NCBI GenBank assembly: GCA_937874465.1
Contig: CALNAX010000044.1
Location: forward strand, 2,212-66,211
Length of the DNA stretch: 64,000 nt
Direction: 5' to 3'
From: an uncultured Bacillales bacterium
GTDB lineage: Bacteria; Bacillota_I; Bacilli_A; RFN20; CAG-288
The notes beneath the pieces were generated by a model. It had not been told where the DNA came from and did not search any database. It worked only from the letters and a program-made list of their open reading frames with translations. This document shows positions 1 to 9,025 of this stretch, in pieces. Position numbers and translations under genes: made by a program. Each line of letters begins with the position of its first letter. The first letter of the stretch is position 1.

Positions 1-594
1 CATCTTGAGGGTTCCGTGCGCCTTGCGGAAAATGCGGTCGAAGAGGTCGTTTACCAAGCTCTTGTGGGGATCGTTTTGGGCAAAGGGGGCGTTGAGGTTT
101 ATGAACTTCACCAAGAGGGCCTTCAGGGTGGTGTTGACCGGCGAATAGGGAGACATCGAGGAAATCTTGAGCTTCCCGGCCCTGACGCCCCTGACCAAGA
201 TGGAGAACTTTATCCAGACCTTCTCGGCGATGGCATCGACAAAGGCCAGATCGTTGGCCAAGGCGTTCTTCTTCGCAGGGGAGCTTAGGTCGCGAATGGA
301 AAACCACCATTCGCCATAGGAGTAGTTGGTGAGGTCGAAGATCAGGGAATACATGGTCTCCTTGCTGGGGAGGGAACCATGGCGCTTCAATCGCTCCAAG
401 GTCCTGTTCATCACGGCCAGGGTGCCCAGACGTTCCTCGTCAGGGATACGCTCGTTGAAGTAGGTCTCGAAGAAGGGGGCCGGCTCGGTGCCGAAATACT
501 CGTGGAAAAGTTCGCGAATCAAGGCCTTGAGGCTCTTGTCGATAGCCTTGGTCTGCGTTTGCTCTAGCCCTTCAAGTTCTTCCGCGTTTGCCAT
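1..594 (-). CDS. Hypothetical protein, partial (3' end runs off the window)
   Basis: Not in the ORF track. Read manually: ATG at 594, one base after the TGA of the upstream flavoprotein gene, and open to position 1 (MANAEELEGLEQTQTKAIDKSLKALIRELFHEYF...NDLFDRIFRKAHGTLKM) with host-like codon usage. Confidence 0.75.
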   Translation of the reverse strand, partial: MANAEELEGLEQTQTKAIDKSLKALIRELFHEYFGTEPAPFFETYFNERIPDEERLGTLAVMNRTLERLKRHGSLPSKETMYSLIFDLTNYSYGEWWFSIRDLSSPAKKNALANDLAFVDAIAEKVWIKFSILVRGVRAGKLKISSMSPYSPVNTTLKALLVKFINLNAPFAQNDPHKSLVNDLFDRIFRKAHGTLKM

Positions 595-595
595 T

Positions 596-1783
596 TCAGA
601 AACCTTTGCCTTCTGTCTTAGCCTTTTCGCCACAGGCTGCCTTATAGGCCTCGACTATGCCCAGGCCGATGTTGAAGCCACCGCAATACATCGGGATGTC
701 CAACAGCTCGCCTAGGATCCCCAAGGTGGGATATTTCTTCAGCACCATAGTATCGACTTCCATCTCCGACAAGTCTATTCCGCCCTTTGATACCTCGGCG
801 TTGCGAAAGGGATAGACGCCCTTTACATGGAAGGTCAGTCGCTTCGCCAAGCGTCCCACGTCCGTCTTCTCCGCCTTGGCCCTGGCCAAAAGATAGGCGG
901 CGATGGGATGGGGATATGAGCGTAGCACATTATCGCCATCGATAGCGACACTGGTCCCATCGTGATGGGTGAGGTCAAGGACGACGGTGTAGTCGGAAAA
1001 GCGCGACTGATCGATATGGATCGAGGCATTGAAGACGCAGATCCCCGATAGGCCATCGGGCTTGAAGAGGACTTCCCCTTCCTTCTCCGCATAGACCGCC
1101 GAGTCACCGTCCAGCAATTCCAAGTCGCACTTGACCCGACTTCCTTCCATCTCCCTGGTGTTCTCGTAGGTTATCAAAGGTACCAAAGCCGGCTGGAAAG
1201 TGTTGTGTTTCAACTTTAGGGCCATGAGCATCCGCCAATCGAAAGGGGGATATTGGAGAGCCTGCCCGCCCAAGGCCAAGAAGGCCTTCCTGGCCCTGAC
1301 GGTGAAGTCCTGACCCTCATTGTCCAGGACCGCAAACGTGGGCTTGAAGCCTTCGAGGCTGACCCTCTTCAGTTGGCCGGTAACGACCTTGACCCCCACC
1401 CTTTGGGCCTTCTCCAGCATCGCGTCGCGCAATACGTCCGCCTTGTTCGCGAACGGATATATCAGCCAATCCTGGACATAGTAGGGAACCTTGAAGGTAT
1501 CCAGGAAATAGGCGAAGGCCTTCGAGCCCCAGTCAGGAGCCAACACCTGCCTGGCCTGGTCGAAGAGGGGGTCAGGCGGAAGCTTGTCCGACTTAAGCCA
1601 TGTGTTGAAGAAGTTGGAGCGGCCATTGCCACTTACCAGGATCCTTCCCAAGGGCTTAAGGCTCTTCTCGTAGACGGTCACGTCCCGGTCGGGGCAAAGC
1701 ATCTTCTGAAACACGGCATAGGTAAAGCCGGTGACGCCTCCGCCGAAGACGACTATGTCCCTGTCGACAACCGCTTGTCCCAC
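596..1783 (-). CDS. NAD(P)/FAD-dependent oxidoreductase, HI0933/BaiN/YhiN family
   Basis: N-terminal GGGxxG Rossmann motif, 'GRILVSGNGRSNFFN', 'GEVLFKPDGLSG' and C-terminal 'GELLDIPMYCGGFN'. GTG start with an AAAGGAG RBS. Confidence 0.9.
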   Translation of the reverse strand: MGQAVVDRDIVVFGGGVTGFTYAVFQKMLCPDRDVTVYEKSLKPLGRILVSGNGRSNFFNTWLKSDKLPPDPLFDQARQVLAPDWGSKAFAYFLDTFKVPYYVQDWLIYPFANKADVLRDAMLEKAQRVGVKVVTGQLKRVSLEGFKPTFAVLDNEGQDFTVRARKAFLALGGQALQYPPFDWRMLMALKLKHNTFQPALVPLITYENTREMEGSRVKCDLELLDGDSAVYAEKEGEVLFKPDGLSGICVFNASIHIDQSRFSDYTVVLDLTHHDGTSVAIDGDNVLRSYPHPIAAYLLARAKAEKTDVGRLAKRLTFHVKGVYPFRNAEVSKGGIDLSEMEVDTMVLKKYPTLGILGELLDIPMYCGGFNIGLGIVEAYKAACGEKAKTEGKGF

Positions 1784-1825
1784 TTGGCCACTCCTTTGGC
1801 TTAATCCTTTTAAGATTATAAAGGC

Positions 1826-1855
1826 AAAACAAAACGCCGGCGAGAAAGGCCGGCG
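1826..1855 (-). terminator. Intrinsic terminator of rpsO
   Basis: CGCCGGC/GCCGGCG stem followed by TTTTGTTTT on the minus strand. Confidence 0.7.
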
Positions 1856-1876
1856 CCAGTACCGTCATTTTCCGGT

Positions 1877-2143
1877 TTACTTGATGCCGAGTTCCTTCTT
1901 GACCTGGGCGTAGTTCTCCTTCTCGGTACGCTCCAGATACTCCAGAAGGGCCAAGCGCTTGGCGACATCGATGTTCAAGGCACGCTTGGCGGTGAAGTCA
2001 TGCTTGTTGGCCTTGAGATGGTCGGTGAGGTCACCGATCTCCTTGGTCAGGATGGCGATCTGGACCTTGGTGTTGCCAGTGTCCTTGTCGTTCTTGCCGT
2101 ACTTCTTCACCAACTCTTCCACTTCTTCTTTAGACAAAGCCAT
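1877..2143 (-). CDS. rpsO: 30S ribosomal protein S15
   Basis: 88 aa with 'DTGNTKVQIAILT...LTDHLKANKHD...LLEYL...LGIK'; strong AGGAGG RBS. Confidence 0.97.
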   Translation of the reverse strand: MALSKEEVEELVKKYGKNDKDTGNTKVQIAILTKEIGDLTDHLKANKHDFTAKRALNIDVAKRLALLEYLERTEKENYAQVKKELGIK

Positions 2144-2164
2144 CTTCCCTTCCTCCTATGTTGT

Positions 2165-2222
2165 TTCTCAGCCGTTCAAGGTGGTAACAGAGGATGCGTT
2201 ATTCACGATGGACGGTCGCAAG
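2165..2222 (-). promoter_or_regulatory. Putative S15 autoregulatory leader RNA
   Basis: The 5'UTR folds into an interrupted stem (CCGU/ACGG, GUG/CAC, UAAC/GUUA) between the promoter and the RBS of rpsO. Confidence 0.55.
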
Positions 2223-2227
2223 GATTA

Positions 2228-2256
2228 AGTATAGGCGGGCCGGGAGGTCTTGACAA
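2228..2256 (-). promoter_or_regulatory. SigA-type promoter of rpsO
   Basis: TTGTCA-N17-TATACT on the minus strand. Confidence 0.75.
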
Positions 2257-2388
2257 GGGAAAAGACAGACGAAAGTGACATAAAAGAGCGGTTTTGGGAT
2301 GGTTTAAGCCCATATGCCTCGGCTGGACGCAAAAGGGGGTTGAAATACTTTGGGCGTTATGCCAAAATACAACACGCTGCAATGAATT

Positions 2389-2465
2389 GGATCTGTGGTG
2401 TAGTGGTCTAACATGTCTCCCTGTCACGGAGAAGATCGAGGGTTCGAATCCCTCCAGATCCGCCA
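2389..2465 (+). tRNA. tRNA-Asp(GTC)
   Basis: GGATCTG acceptor stem, anticodon loop CT-GTC-AC, T-loop TTCGAAT, encoded CCA. Confidence 0.97.
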
Positions 2466-2473
2466 TTAATGGG

Positions 2474-2505
2474 AAGGTTTGCCCCAAAGGCAAACCTTTT
2501 CTTTT
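2474..2505 (+). terminator. Intrinsic terminator after tRNA-Asp
   Basis: AAGGTTTGCC/GGCAAACCTT stem followed by TTCTTTT. Confidence 0.8.
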
Positions 2506-2581
2506 ACGCGAAGATGACATTGTTCCCGTTTCTTCAATCAGTGTCATAAGATATTCCCGCTTTAAAGCAAAAGGAGCAATC

Positions 2582-4553
2582 ATGCGAAGCAAAATCCTAA
2601 TCCTACTAGCCTCTACGTTCGCCTTGGTCTCTTGCCAGGGAGGCATCACCTCTTCGTCCACCACCGAATCGACCTCGTCATCTGTCAGTTCGCTATCTGC
2701 CGATGCCTCATCTTCGGCAAGCGGTCCTTCCAGTTCCCCGGAGGAGGTCTCGAGCAACGATTCCTCAAGCTCGGCATCGTCATCTTCTTCCAGTTCATCA
2801 TCCATTTCATCCTAGTCGGGTTCGTCCTCTTCAGGCTCAGATGGTTCGTCCTCAACTTCGGAAACAACCGGCTTGACCCTTGATGCCCTGACCAATCTGC
2901 AGACCGGCTATGAATTCAGCGCAGTGGTGAAGACCATCCACGACTATACCGATGAAGGCGAACCGATTCCCATCCAGATGACCCAGTTCTACCGCGATGG
3001 TCAGGTCGCAGCCGAGGCCCCTTTCCCTCCAGGAATATGTCTATAGCGGTGCCTCGTACGACGACATGGACCATGCCTTGGCCGACCAATCCCTACCCAA
3101 GAAAGACGAGGTTTACGACTCCCAGGTCTATGTGTCCCAGCAGGGAGAGGACGATGACGAGCCTTACGTCTACGTGCCATCGTTGGGCTTGGACAACGTG
3201 GTCTCCTATTCGAAGGGAAACGAGACCTGGGCTGATTCAAACTACGGGGATGCTTTTGCACTTCTGGATTCTAATGGGCTGCCCGACTTCACAACGACAG
3301 ACGATGGCTTGGCCGTTTATGACTTCAGCGGTTCCGCCCAAAGCGCTTTCGTCGGTTCCTTGATAGCCCAGGTAGCCGGAGCCGATTACGACGATCCTGA
3401 CTATGTCGAATTGGCGACTGCCACCTTGACGGTCCAAAATGGCGAATTGTCTAGCGCCTCATTGTATCTCGATGGCTATGACGATGATGGCATGCCCCTC
3501 TATTACTACATCGACGTTTCCTTCACCGCTTCCGGGGCCCAGGCCAAAGAAGATGTCAAAGTGCCGACTCCCAAGACCGGTACCGCCGATTCCAAACTCG
3601 CCCTGGCGCTCCAAACGCTTTCGACCAAGGACTATGCCCTGACGGAAACCTACGACTACCTAGACCTTTATGACAACACCGGGACTAGGGAATCCGCAGT
3701 CATCCTGTCGGGCGATGAGGGCATCGATGTCTCTACTTTTGGCGCCGACTACGGCAAGAATGGCGAATATGGGTACGCCATCGATAGCGCCGATTCCACT
3801 CTGGCTCAGAAATGGAAGACCTTGGGGGATGGCAACAAGTACCAATCCGGGGAACCCGTTTCCTCGGCTGGCCTCTTCTCCAAAGTGAGCCAGATCTCCC
3901 CTCTCTTCTTCGCCTATGACGCACAGCGCGGGGGATACGTTTTCGATGGCTCGCTCACGGTCGACTCCAGCTATCTGGGCGTGAAGTACACCCAACCCAG
4001 GATGGAAGACGTGGTGATACGCCTCGATTGGGACACGGCGTTGGGCGTCGAGGACAACCTTTTGGCTGTCTCGATCGTGAACACCATCGCCTCCGCTTTC
4101 GAAATCGCCACCTATTCATATGTGTACTCCTCCATCGGAATCGATAGCCTACCGTCCATTACCGTAAACGATAGCGCCGACGGGCTAAGCTGGGACCAAC
4201 TAGATTCGGGCATCGTCGCCTCGTTCAAGACGGACGAGAACGTCGACCTCCAAGAGACGGGCCTTCCTACCTTCGGTGGCACCTATCTCGACTGGACCTA
4301 TTATTACAATCCCTACGACAGCCTTAGATACGTTGTTCTGTCCACCGCTTCCCAAACTAGCGCGAGCGCCGACATCTCCTCCTATTACGCTAGGCTTTCC
4401 GAGGCAGGCTTTTCCGATACCCAGGAGAGCGGTCCCCGTTCGTCAAAGATCTTCCAGAAAGAGGTGGAGAACGTGGAGGGCAATCAGGTTGCCCTCGATG
4501 TGGCCTCCTACGACAACAACGGCACGACCTACATAAAGCTTTGGTTGGCCTAG
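2582..4553 (+). pseudogene. Large acidic Ser-rich lipoprotein interrupted by an in-frame TAG (2813-2815) and a frameshift near 3018
   Basis: AAAGGAG RBS, ATG 2582, lipobox LVS-C and poly-Ser linker. After the TAG the same frame stays open (SGSSSSGSDG...LTLDALTNLQTGYEF...DGQVAAEA), then shifts +1 at GGCCCC into the 2997..4553 frame (LSLQEYVYSG...IKLWLA). Confidence 0.75.
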
Positions 4554-4624
4554 GCGGCCGTTTTCGCTTCATTCTATTGTCTAGCGCGGCGAGTGGTTGT
4601 AAAATAAAAACTCGCTGCGGTAGT

Positions 4625-4698
4625 GCAGGCGTTGCTCAGTGGTAGAGCCCGTCCCCTCCAAGGACGTGACGCGGGTCCGATTCCCGTCGCCTGCTCCA
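4625..4698 (+). tRNA. tRNA-Gly(TCC), atypical C33 and C55
   Basis: GCAGGCG/CGCCTGC acceptor, discriminator T plus CCA, anticodon stem CGTCC/GGACG with loop CC-TCC-AA, T-loop TCCGATT. Confidence 0.92.
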
Positions 4699-4703
4699 TT
4701 ATG

Positions 4704-4729
4704 AAAAAAAGCCCGTAAGGGCCTTTTTT
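4704..4729. terminator. Bidirectional intrinsic terminator
   Basis: A7-GCCC-GTAA-GGGC-C-T6 between the converging tRNA-Gly and membrane protein gene. Confidence 0.75.
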
Positions 4730-4744
4730 GTTGCCTGCAAGCAT

Positions 4745-5242
4745 TTACTTGTTTTGATACATCAGGTCTTTCTTCACGAAGAGGATCGACCCGATCACCA
4801 CGATCGAGATGCAGCAGACCAGGGGCATGATGTAGCCCAAGCCGAAGGAATTGGATTCGGCGTCGGGCAGGCGGGAGAAGGCGAGCATGGTGGCGATGGG
4901 CTGGAGGGCGATCAGGGTCAGGCCCATGCCGGAGAAGATGAGGGAGACGGCCGCAAAGTTGCGCTTCACCGAAAGGGAGACGCAAAGGCCCCCGACAGTG
5001 GTGAGGACGTAGCCGATGACCGACCAAAAGGCCGGCATCACTCCCGACGGGCTAAGGGGGAAGGAGCCGACGAACAGTTCCAGGTAGGCCGGGTAATCAT
5101 AGGCATGGCCCGCGGAATTGACGTAGGTCATGCTCGGAAGACCCATGAAACACCAAAGGGTCAAGGCGAAAATGGCGGCGCTGATCTGCAAGCCCTGGAC
5201 CCACCACTCATTCTTCTTGAAACCCTCAAACCAACTTTTCAT
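4745..5242 (-). CDS. Hypothetical membrane protein (about 4 TM)
   Basis: Four hydrophobic segments. Start moved to ATG 5242 (MKSWFEG), downstream of AAGGAG. Confidence 0.75.
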   Translation of the reverse strand: MKSWFEGFKKNEWWVQGLQISAAIFALTLWCFMGLPSMTYVNSAGHAYDYPAYLELFVGSFPLSPSGVMPAFWSVIGYVLTTVGGLCVSLSVKRNFAAVSLIFSGMGLTLIALQPIATMLAFSRLPDAESNSFGLGYIMPLVCCISIVVIGSILFVKKDLMYQNK

Positions 5243-5349
5243 TACGGGCATTCTCCTTGCGATATGAAGGAACGGAGCCTTTCCTTTAAGAAAATAATAG
5301 GTCATAGCGGTCTTGGGGACAACACAAAAACCGCAAAGATTACGGAAAA

Positions 5350-6156
5350 CTAGATTTCGAAGGACTTCAATCCCGCATCTTCCTTCTTGACGGCCCTGTC
5401 GATCGACTCGCATATCTTCTTGACTTTCTCGTCAGGCTCGGGATCGAACAGCGCCACTTTACCATTGAAAGTCCGAATGATGTCATATATCGGCTTGCCC
5501 ATGGCCAAAACGGGCCTGTTGCTGTTTTTCGCGTAGGCCAAAAGGTCGTTTACGTCGCCCAGGGGACGAGCCAGGGGAAAAGCCGAGACCACGTCCTTGT
5601 TCATGTTCGGGTCGGAGAAGGGAATGTAGAGGACGTCGTAATCGGAAGTGCCTAGGGATTCGGCAACCCTCTTGGCCCTGGCCATAGAGGGCGTGATCTG
5701 GAAAAACAGGGGATCGTTCACGTAAAGATCGACGCCCACCAAAGGCACGAAGTTGTTGTCCCCGATGGTATGGAAGAACTCCTGGGTCGTGTCGAAGCAG
5801 ACCAGGGCATCGCAAAGGGATTCATGGGACTTAAGCGAATCGGGCACGATCATAAGATCCCTGCCGATCACATGGAGGCCTTTCGCCAAGCGCTCGAAGA
5901 AGTCCAGCTGGAGGCTCTTCTTCAGCATGTTGTCCGAGCCATGGTAGAACAAGACGACGTTGTTGGACCGGTCGTTTATCAGCGACCGGACCAACGCCGA
6001 ATTCTTGTAGCCCAGAAGGTTTGAGATCTGCAAGACCTTCTTCTTCGTCGCATCGCTAATCTTCTGGCCGACCTTCTGATTGAGCACGTACGAGACGGTG
6101 GCGACGCTCACCCCGGCCATTTGGGCGACATCCCTTATGGTGACTTTCTTTCCCAT
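5350..6156 (-). CDS. LacI-family transcriptional regulator
   Basis: N-terminal 'VTIRDVAQMAGVSVATVSYVLN' HTH and 'LGY' hinge. Confidence 0.92.
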   Translation of the reverse strand: MGKKVTIRDVAQMAGVSVATVSYVLNQKVGQKISDATKKKVLQISNLLGYKNSALVRSLINDRSNNVVLFYHGSDNMLKKSLQLDFFERLAKGLHVIGRDLMIVPDSLKSHESLCDALVCFDTTQEFFHTIGDNNFVPLVGVDLYVNDPLFFQITPSMARAKRVAESLGTSDYDVLYIPFSDPNMNKDVVSAFPLARPLGDVNDLLAYAKNSNRPVLAMGKPIYDIIRTFNGKVALFDPEPDEKVKKICESIDRAVKKEDAGLKSFEI

Positions 6157-6389
6157 GGATATATGACTTCCTGGTTAATATTATAGTTACTGGCACTTAA
6201 ATTAGTAGTTAAAACTTTATTATTTAAGGTTTCTAATCGCTATCATTATTAACCTTAACTGAAATATGCCGTAAAAGGGCCTTTGGGGCCTTGGGTGGGT
6301 CTGCCTTTGTCCCACCGTGGTGAAACCCTTATCCTTTTGCCAGATCCCCCTTTCGCTGATAGCATTGTCTTTGGAAGGTACTAACTCAA

Positions 6390-7004
6390 ATGGCAGATAA
6401 AGAGACAAAGACCATATTGTTCGCCACCCATAACCATGGAAAGGCCTTGGAGATGAATGCGATGCTGGCCCCCTTGGGCTTTAGGGTGATAACCGCCGAC
6501 AAGCTGGGCCTTGACATGAGCCAGGCCAAGGAAACCGCCGACACCTTCAAGGGCAATTCCCTGATAAAGGCCCGCTATGCCTATCGGATGATAAGGGGGG
6601 CCTACCCCGTATTGGCCGACGACTCCGGGATCTGCTTCACTGGCTTGGGTGGTTTCCCCGGTGTCCATTCGGCCCGGTGGACGGTCGACGGGGACAGTTC
6701 CTACCTCGCCAAGAACAACAAGATACTGGAGTTGCTCAAGGGCAATCCCGATAGAGGGGCCTTGTTCGAATGCGTCCTGACCCTCATAGACGACAAAGGC
6801 GAACACATCTTCTCGGGCGAGTGCAGGGGAAGGGTGGCCGACAGGCCCTCCCAGGCCAAGAACGGCTTCGGCTACGACCCGATCTTCTTCTGCCCCGAGA
6901 TCGGCAAGACCTTCGCCGATGCCACCACCCAAGAAAAAGACGGCGTTTCCCACCGGGGAAAGGCCGTCAAGCTGCTTTTGGACTATCTTGGCAAGGCCAA
7001 GTAG
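6390..7004 (+). CDS. rdgB: dITP/XTP pyrophosphatase (RdgB/HAM1)
   Basis: 'ATHNHGK', 'LADDSG', 'PGVHSAR', 'GFGYDPIF' and 'SHRGKA' motifs. Confidence 0.96.
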   Translation: MADKETKTILFATHNHGKALEMNAMLAPLGFRVITADKLGLDMSQAKETADTFKGNSLIKARYAYRMIRGAYPVLADDSGICFTGLGGFPGVHSARWTVDGDSSYLAKNNKILELLKGNPDRGALFECVLTLIDDKGEHIFSGECRGRVADRPSQAKNGFGYDPIFFCPEIGKTFADATTQEKDGVSHRGKAVKLLLDYLGKAK

Positions 7005-7007
7005 TTA

Positions 7008-8459
7008 TCATTGGGCTTTCGGGGTTTGGCTCGGAACCACCTCATCGTCTCCTACCACTGCCATGGTCGCGGGTTGCTCCGCGGTCTTTTCCTTGTCCAG
7101 CCCCTTCCCTTCGTCCTTGCCCTTCTTCTTGAACGCGATGCCAAGCAGGAGGTTGAGCAAGATGCCAAAGATCGAGGCGGTGGCGATGGCCGGGAACTGG
7201 TAGCCGAATACGGGTATCATCCCATTGTCGAAGCCGAAGGTCCCGCCTATCCCGATGATGAGCACCGTCGCTATTACGGCAAGGTTACGGGGATTGAAGA
7301 AATCCACCTTCTGGTTGACCATGATGGCGATTCCCTGGGCAGCGATGACACCGAACAGGTAGATGCAGGCCCCGTCTATCACCGCGGTGGGAACGCTTTG
7401 CACCAGGCCGGTTATGGGCTTGAAGAAGGAAATGGCCATGGCGAAGATGGCGGTCACGCCCAAGACGTAGGAGGAGAAGTTCTTGGTGATGGCCATGGTG
7501 GAGACATTCTCCCCGTAATTGGTTCCCGCCGGACCTCCCATCATTCCGCTGATGATGTCGCCCATGCCGTCCCCCACCAGGCTCAAGCCTAGCTTTCCGG
7601 CCATGTCTATGCGTGGCTTGCCTTCGCGCTTGGCCAAGTCGTTGACATAGATGTCAAGCTGGTAAAGATGGGCGGTCGATTCCGGGATGGTCGCCAAGGC
7701 GATGGGCATTATGGCCGCCACCGCCATCCAGTTGGGGATGGGAAGGCTGAACCGCGGGACTATTACGATCTGGGAATCGGTGAAGAAGGAGAAGTCGACC
7801 AAACCCAAGCATATGGCCAGGACATAGCCGATGGTTATCCCAAACAGGATCGGCAATTGACCCAGCACGCCTTTCTTCAGATACACGGAGAAAAGCACGC
7901 AAGAGAAAAGGGTTACCAACCCGGTCGCGAATTCCGCACCGTTGGTAACCCCGCTTGTCGCATCGTACCCTATGGCCGGAGTCAGGGCGCTCACGGCCAA
8001 GGACAGGCCGATGAGAAGGGAGATGCTGCCGGTTATCGAGGGGGGCAACACCTTGTCAATCACCTTCCGGCCGAATAGTTTCACAAGTATTCCGGCAACT
8101 ATCGAGACCAAGCCGGATATCACTATGCCGAACTGTGCCTCGCCAACCAATTCGGTCGAAGCAACTTCCCCGACCGTGGCGGACGTGATTGCCACGATCG
8201 CCGTTATGTAGGAAAAGCTTGAGCCATAGTAGAGGGGTATTTGACCCCGTGTTATCAAAAGTACGCACAGGGTGGAGAAACCGGAGGCAAAGATGGTGGT
8301 GGGAACGTCGAAGCCGGTGAGGAGGGCGACCGTTACCGTAGCCGGGAACATGACCAAGAACTGCTGCAGAGCGTAGAGCAGAAGCTTTCCAAAGCTTGGG
8401 CATTCGTTGGGGAGATAGCCAAGCCTGGCCGACTTGGCGACGTAACTTCTTTTCGTCAT
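7008..8459 (-). CDS. NCS2-family nucleobase permease (UraA/PyrP-like uracil transporter)
   Basis: Multi-TM protein with 'IPLYYGSSFSYI' and the NAT signature 'GGPAGTNYGENVSTMAITK'. Start moved to ATG 8459. Confidence 0.9.
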   Translation of the reverse strand: MTKRSYVAKSARLGYLPNECPSFGKLLLYALQQFLVMFPATVTVALLTGFDVPTTIFASGFSTLCVLLITRGQIPLYYGSSFSYITAIVAITSATVGEVASTELVGEAQFGIVISGLVSIVAGILVKLFGRKVIDKVLPPSITGSISLLIGLSLAVSALTPAIGYDATSGVTNGAEFATGLVTLFSCVLFSVYLKKGVLGQLPILFGITIGYVLAICLGLVDFSFFTDSQIVIVPRFSLPIPNWMAVAAIMPIALATIPESTAHLYQLDIYVNDLAKREGKPRIDMAGKLGLSLVGDGMGDIISGMMGGPAGTNYGENVSTMAITKNFSSYVLGVTAIFAMAISFFKPITGLVQSVPTAVIDGACIYLFGVIAAQGIAIMVNQKVDFFNPRNLAVIATVLIIGIGGTFGFDNGMIPVFGYQFPAIATASIFGILLNLLLGIAFKKKGKDEGKGLDKEKTAEQPATMAVVGDDEVVPSQTPKAQ

Positions 8460-8502
8460 AACCCTATCCCTTTCTGGCCAGTCCCAGGGCGGAAATCCTT
8501 CC

Positions 8503-8590
8503 AAAAAAAGGGACTGCCTATCGTGGCAGTCCGTCGCTTGTGGTTTACCTGTTGAGATCCCAATCCAGGGCCCTGACCTCAGCAATGCTA
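8503..8590 (-). promoter_or_regulatory. Leader attenuator (structured RNA plus intrinsic terminator) upstream of the NCS2 permease
   Basis: GGACTGCC/GGCAGTCC stem plus U7, ending about 45 nt before the start codon and preceded by further stems. Confidence 0.6.
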
Positions 8591-8635
8591 TTACAAAAGG
8601 GGAGGGTGATTCATTCTAACCGCTTCCAAGACCGG

Positions 8636-9025
8636 TCACTTCTTGTCTTTAAACTCGACCTGTTGAGCCGTGAGACCGGCCGTATAGCCGGCCGGAATGG
8701 AGAAGGCGATGCCCTGGCCGTTGGTATTGAGGCCGGCTTCCTTGTAGATGGCGTTAAGGACCTTGTCGGTTATGTCCCTGGGCACCAGGATGAACACGAC
8801 CTCCTTCTCGGGCTGGATGACGATCCCGTAGAAATCCTCGTATTCCTTGTTGCCGGTGCCGCGGGCCACGGCGATGGTCCCGCCCCTGGCGCCCGAGCGC
8901 CTGGCCGCTTCCATCACCAGATCGGTATAGCCCTTGTTGACGATGGCGATCACCAGGTCGAAAGGGGATTTGTCCAGACCGCTTTCCGCCGTCGCCTTGC
9001 TGCCATTTTCCTCTGCCATGGTCAT
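8636..9025 (-). CDS. PII-like (GlnB-like) signalling protein
   Basis: 'LVIAIVNKG...VMEAARRSGARGGTIAVARGTG...PEKEVVFIL...GQGIAFSIP'. Confidence 0.88.
   Translation of the reverse strand: MTMAEENGSKATAESGLDKSPFDLVIAIVNKGYTDLVMEAARRSGARGGTIAVARGTGNKEYEDFYGIVIQPEKEVVFILVPRDITDKVLNAIYKEAGLNTNGQGIAFSIPAGYTAGLTAQQVEFKDKK

Noticed and set aside
2203-2805. 200-aa acidic minus-strand ORF
   Set aside because: It is antisense to tRNA-Asp and to the poly-Ser lipoprotein N-terminus; the D/E richness simply mirrors the Ser codons.
2640-2865. TCN-rich low-complexity tracts (also near 57680-57770 and 60350-60490) as tandem repeats or CRISPR
   Set aside because: They encode poly-Ser lipoprotein linkers with mixed codons and have no repeat-spacer periodicity.
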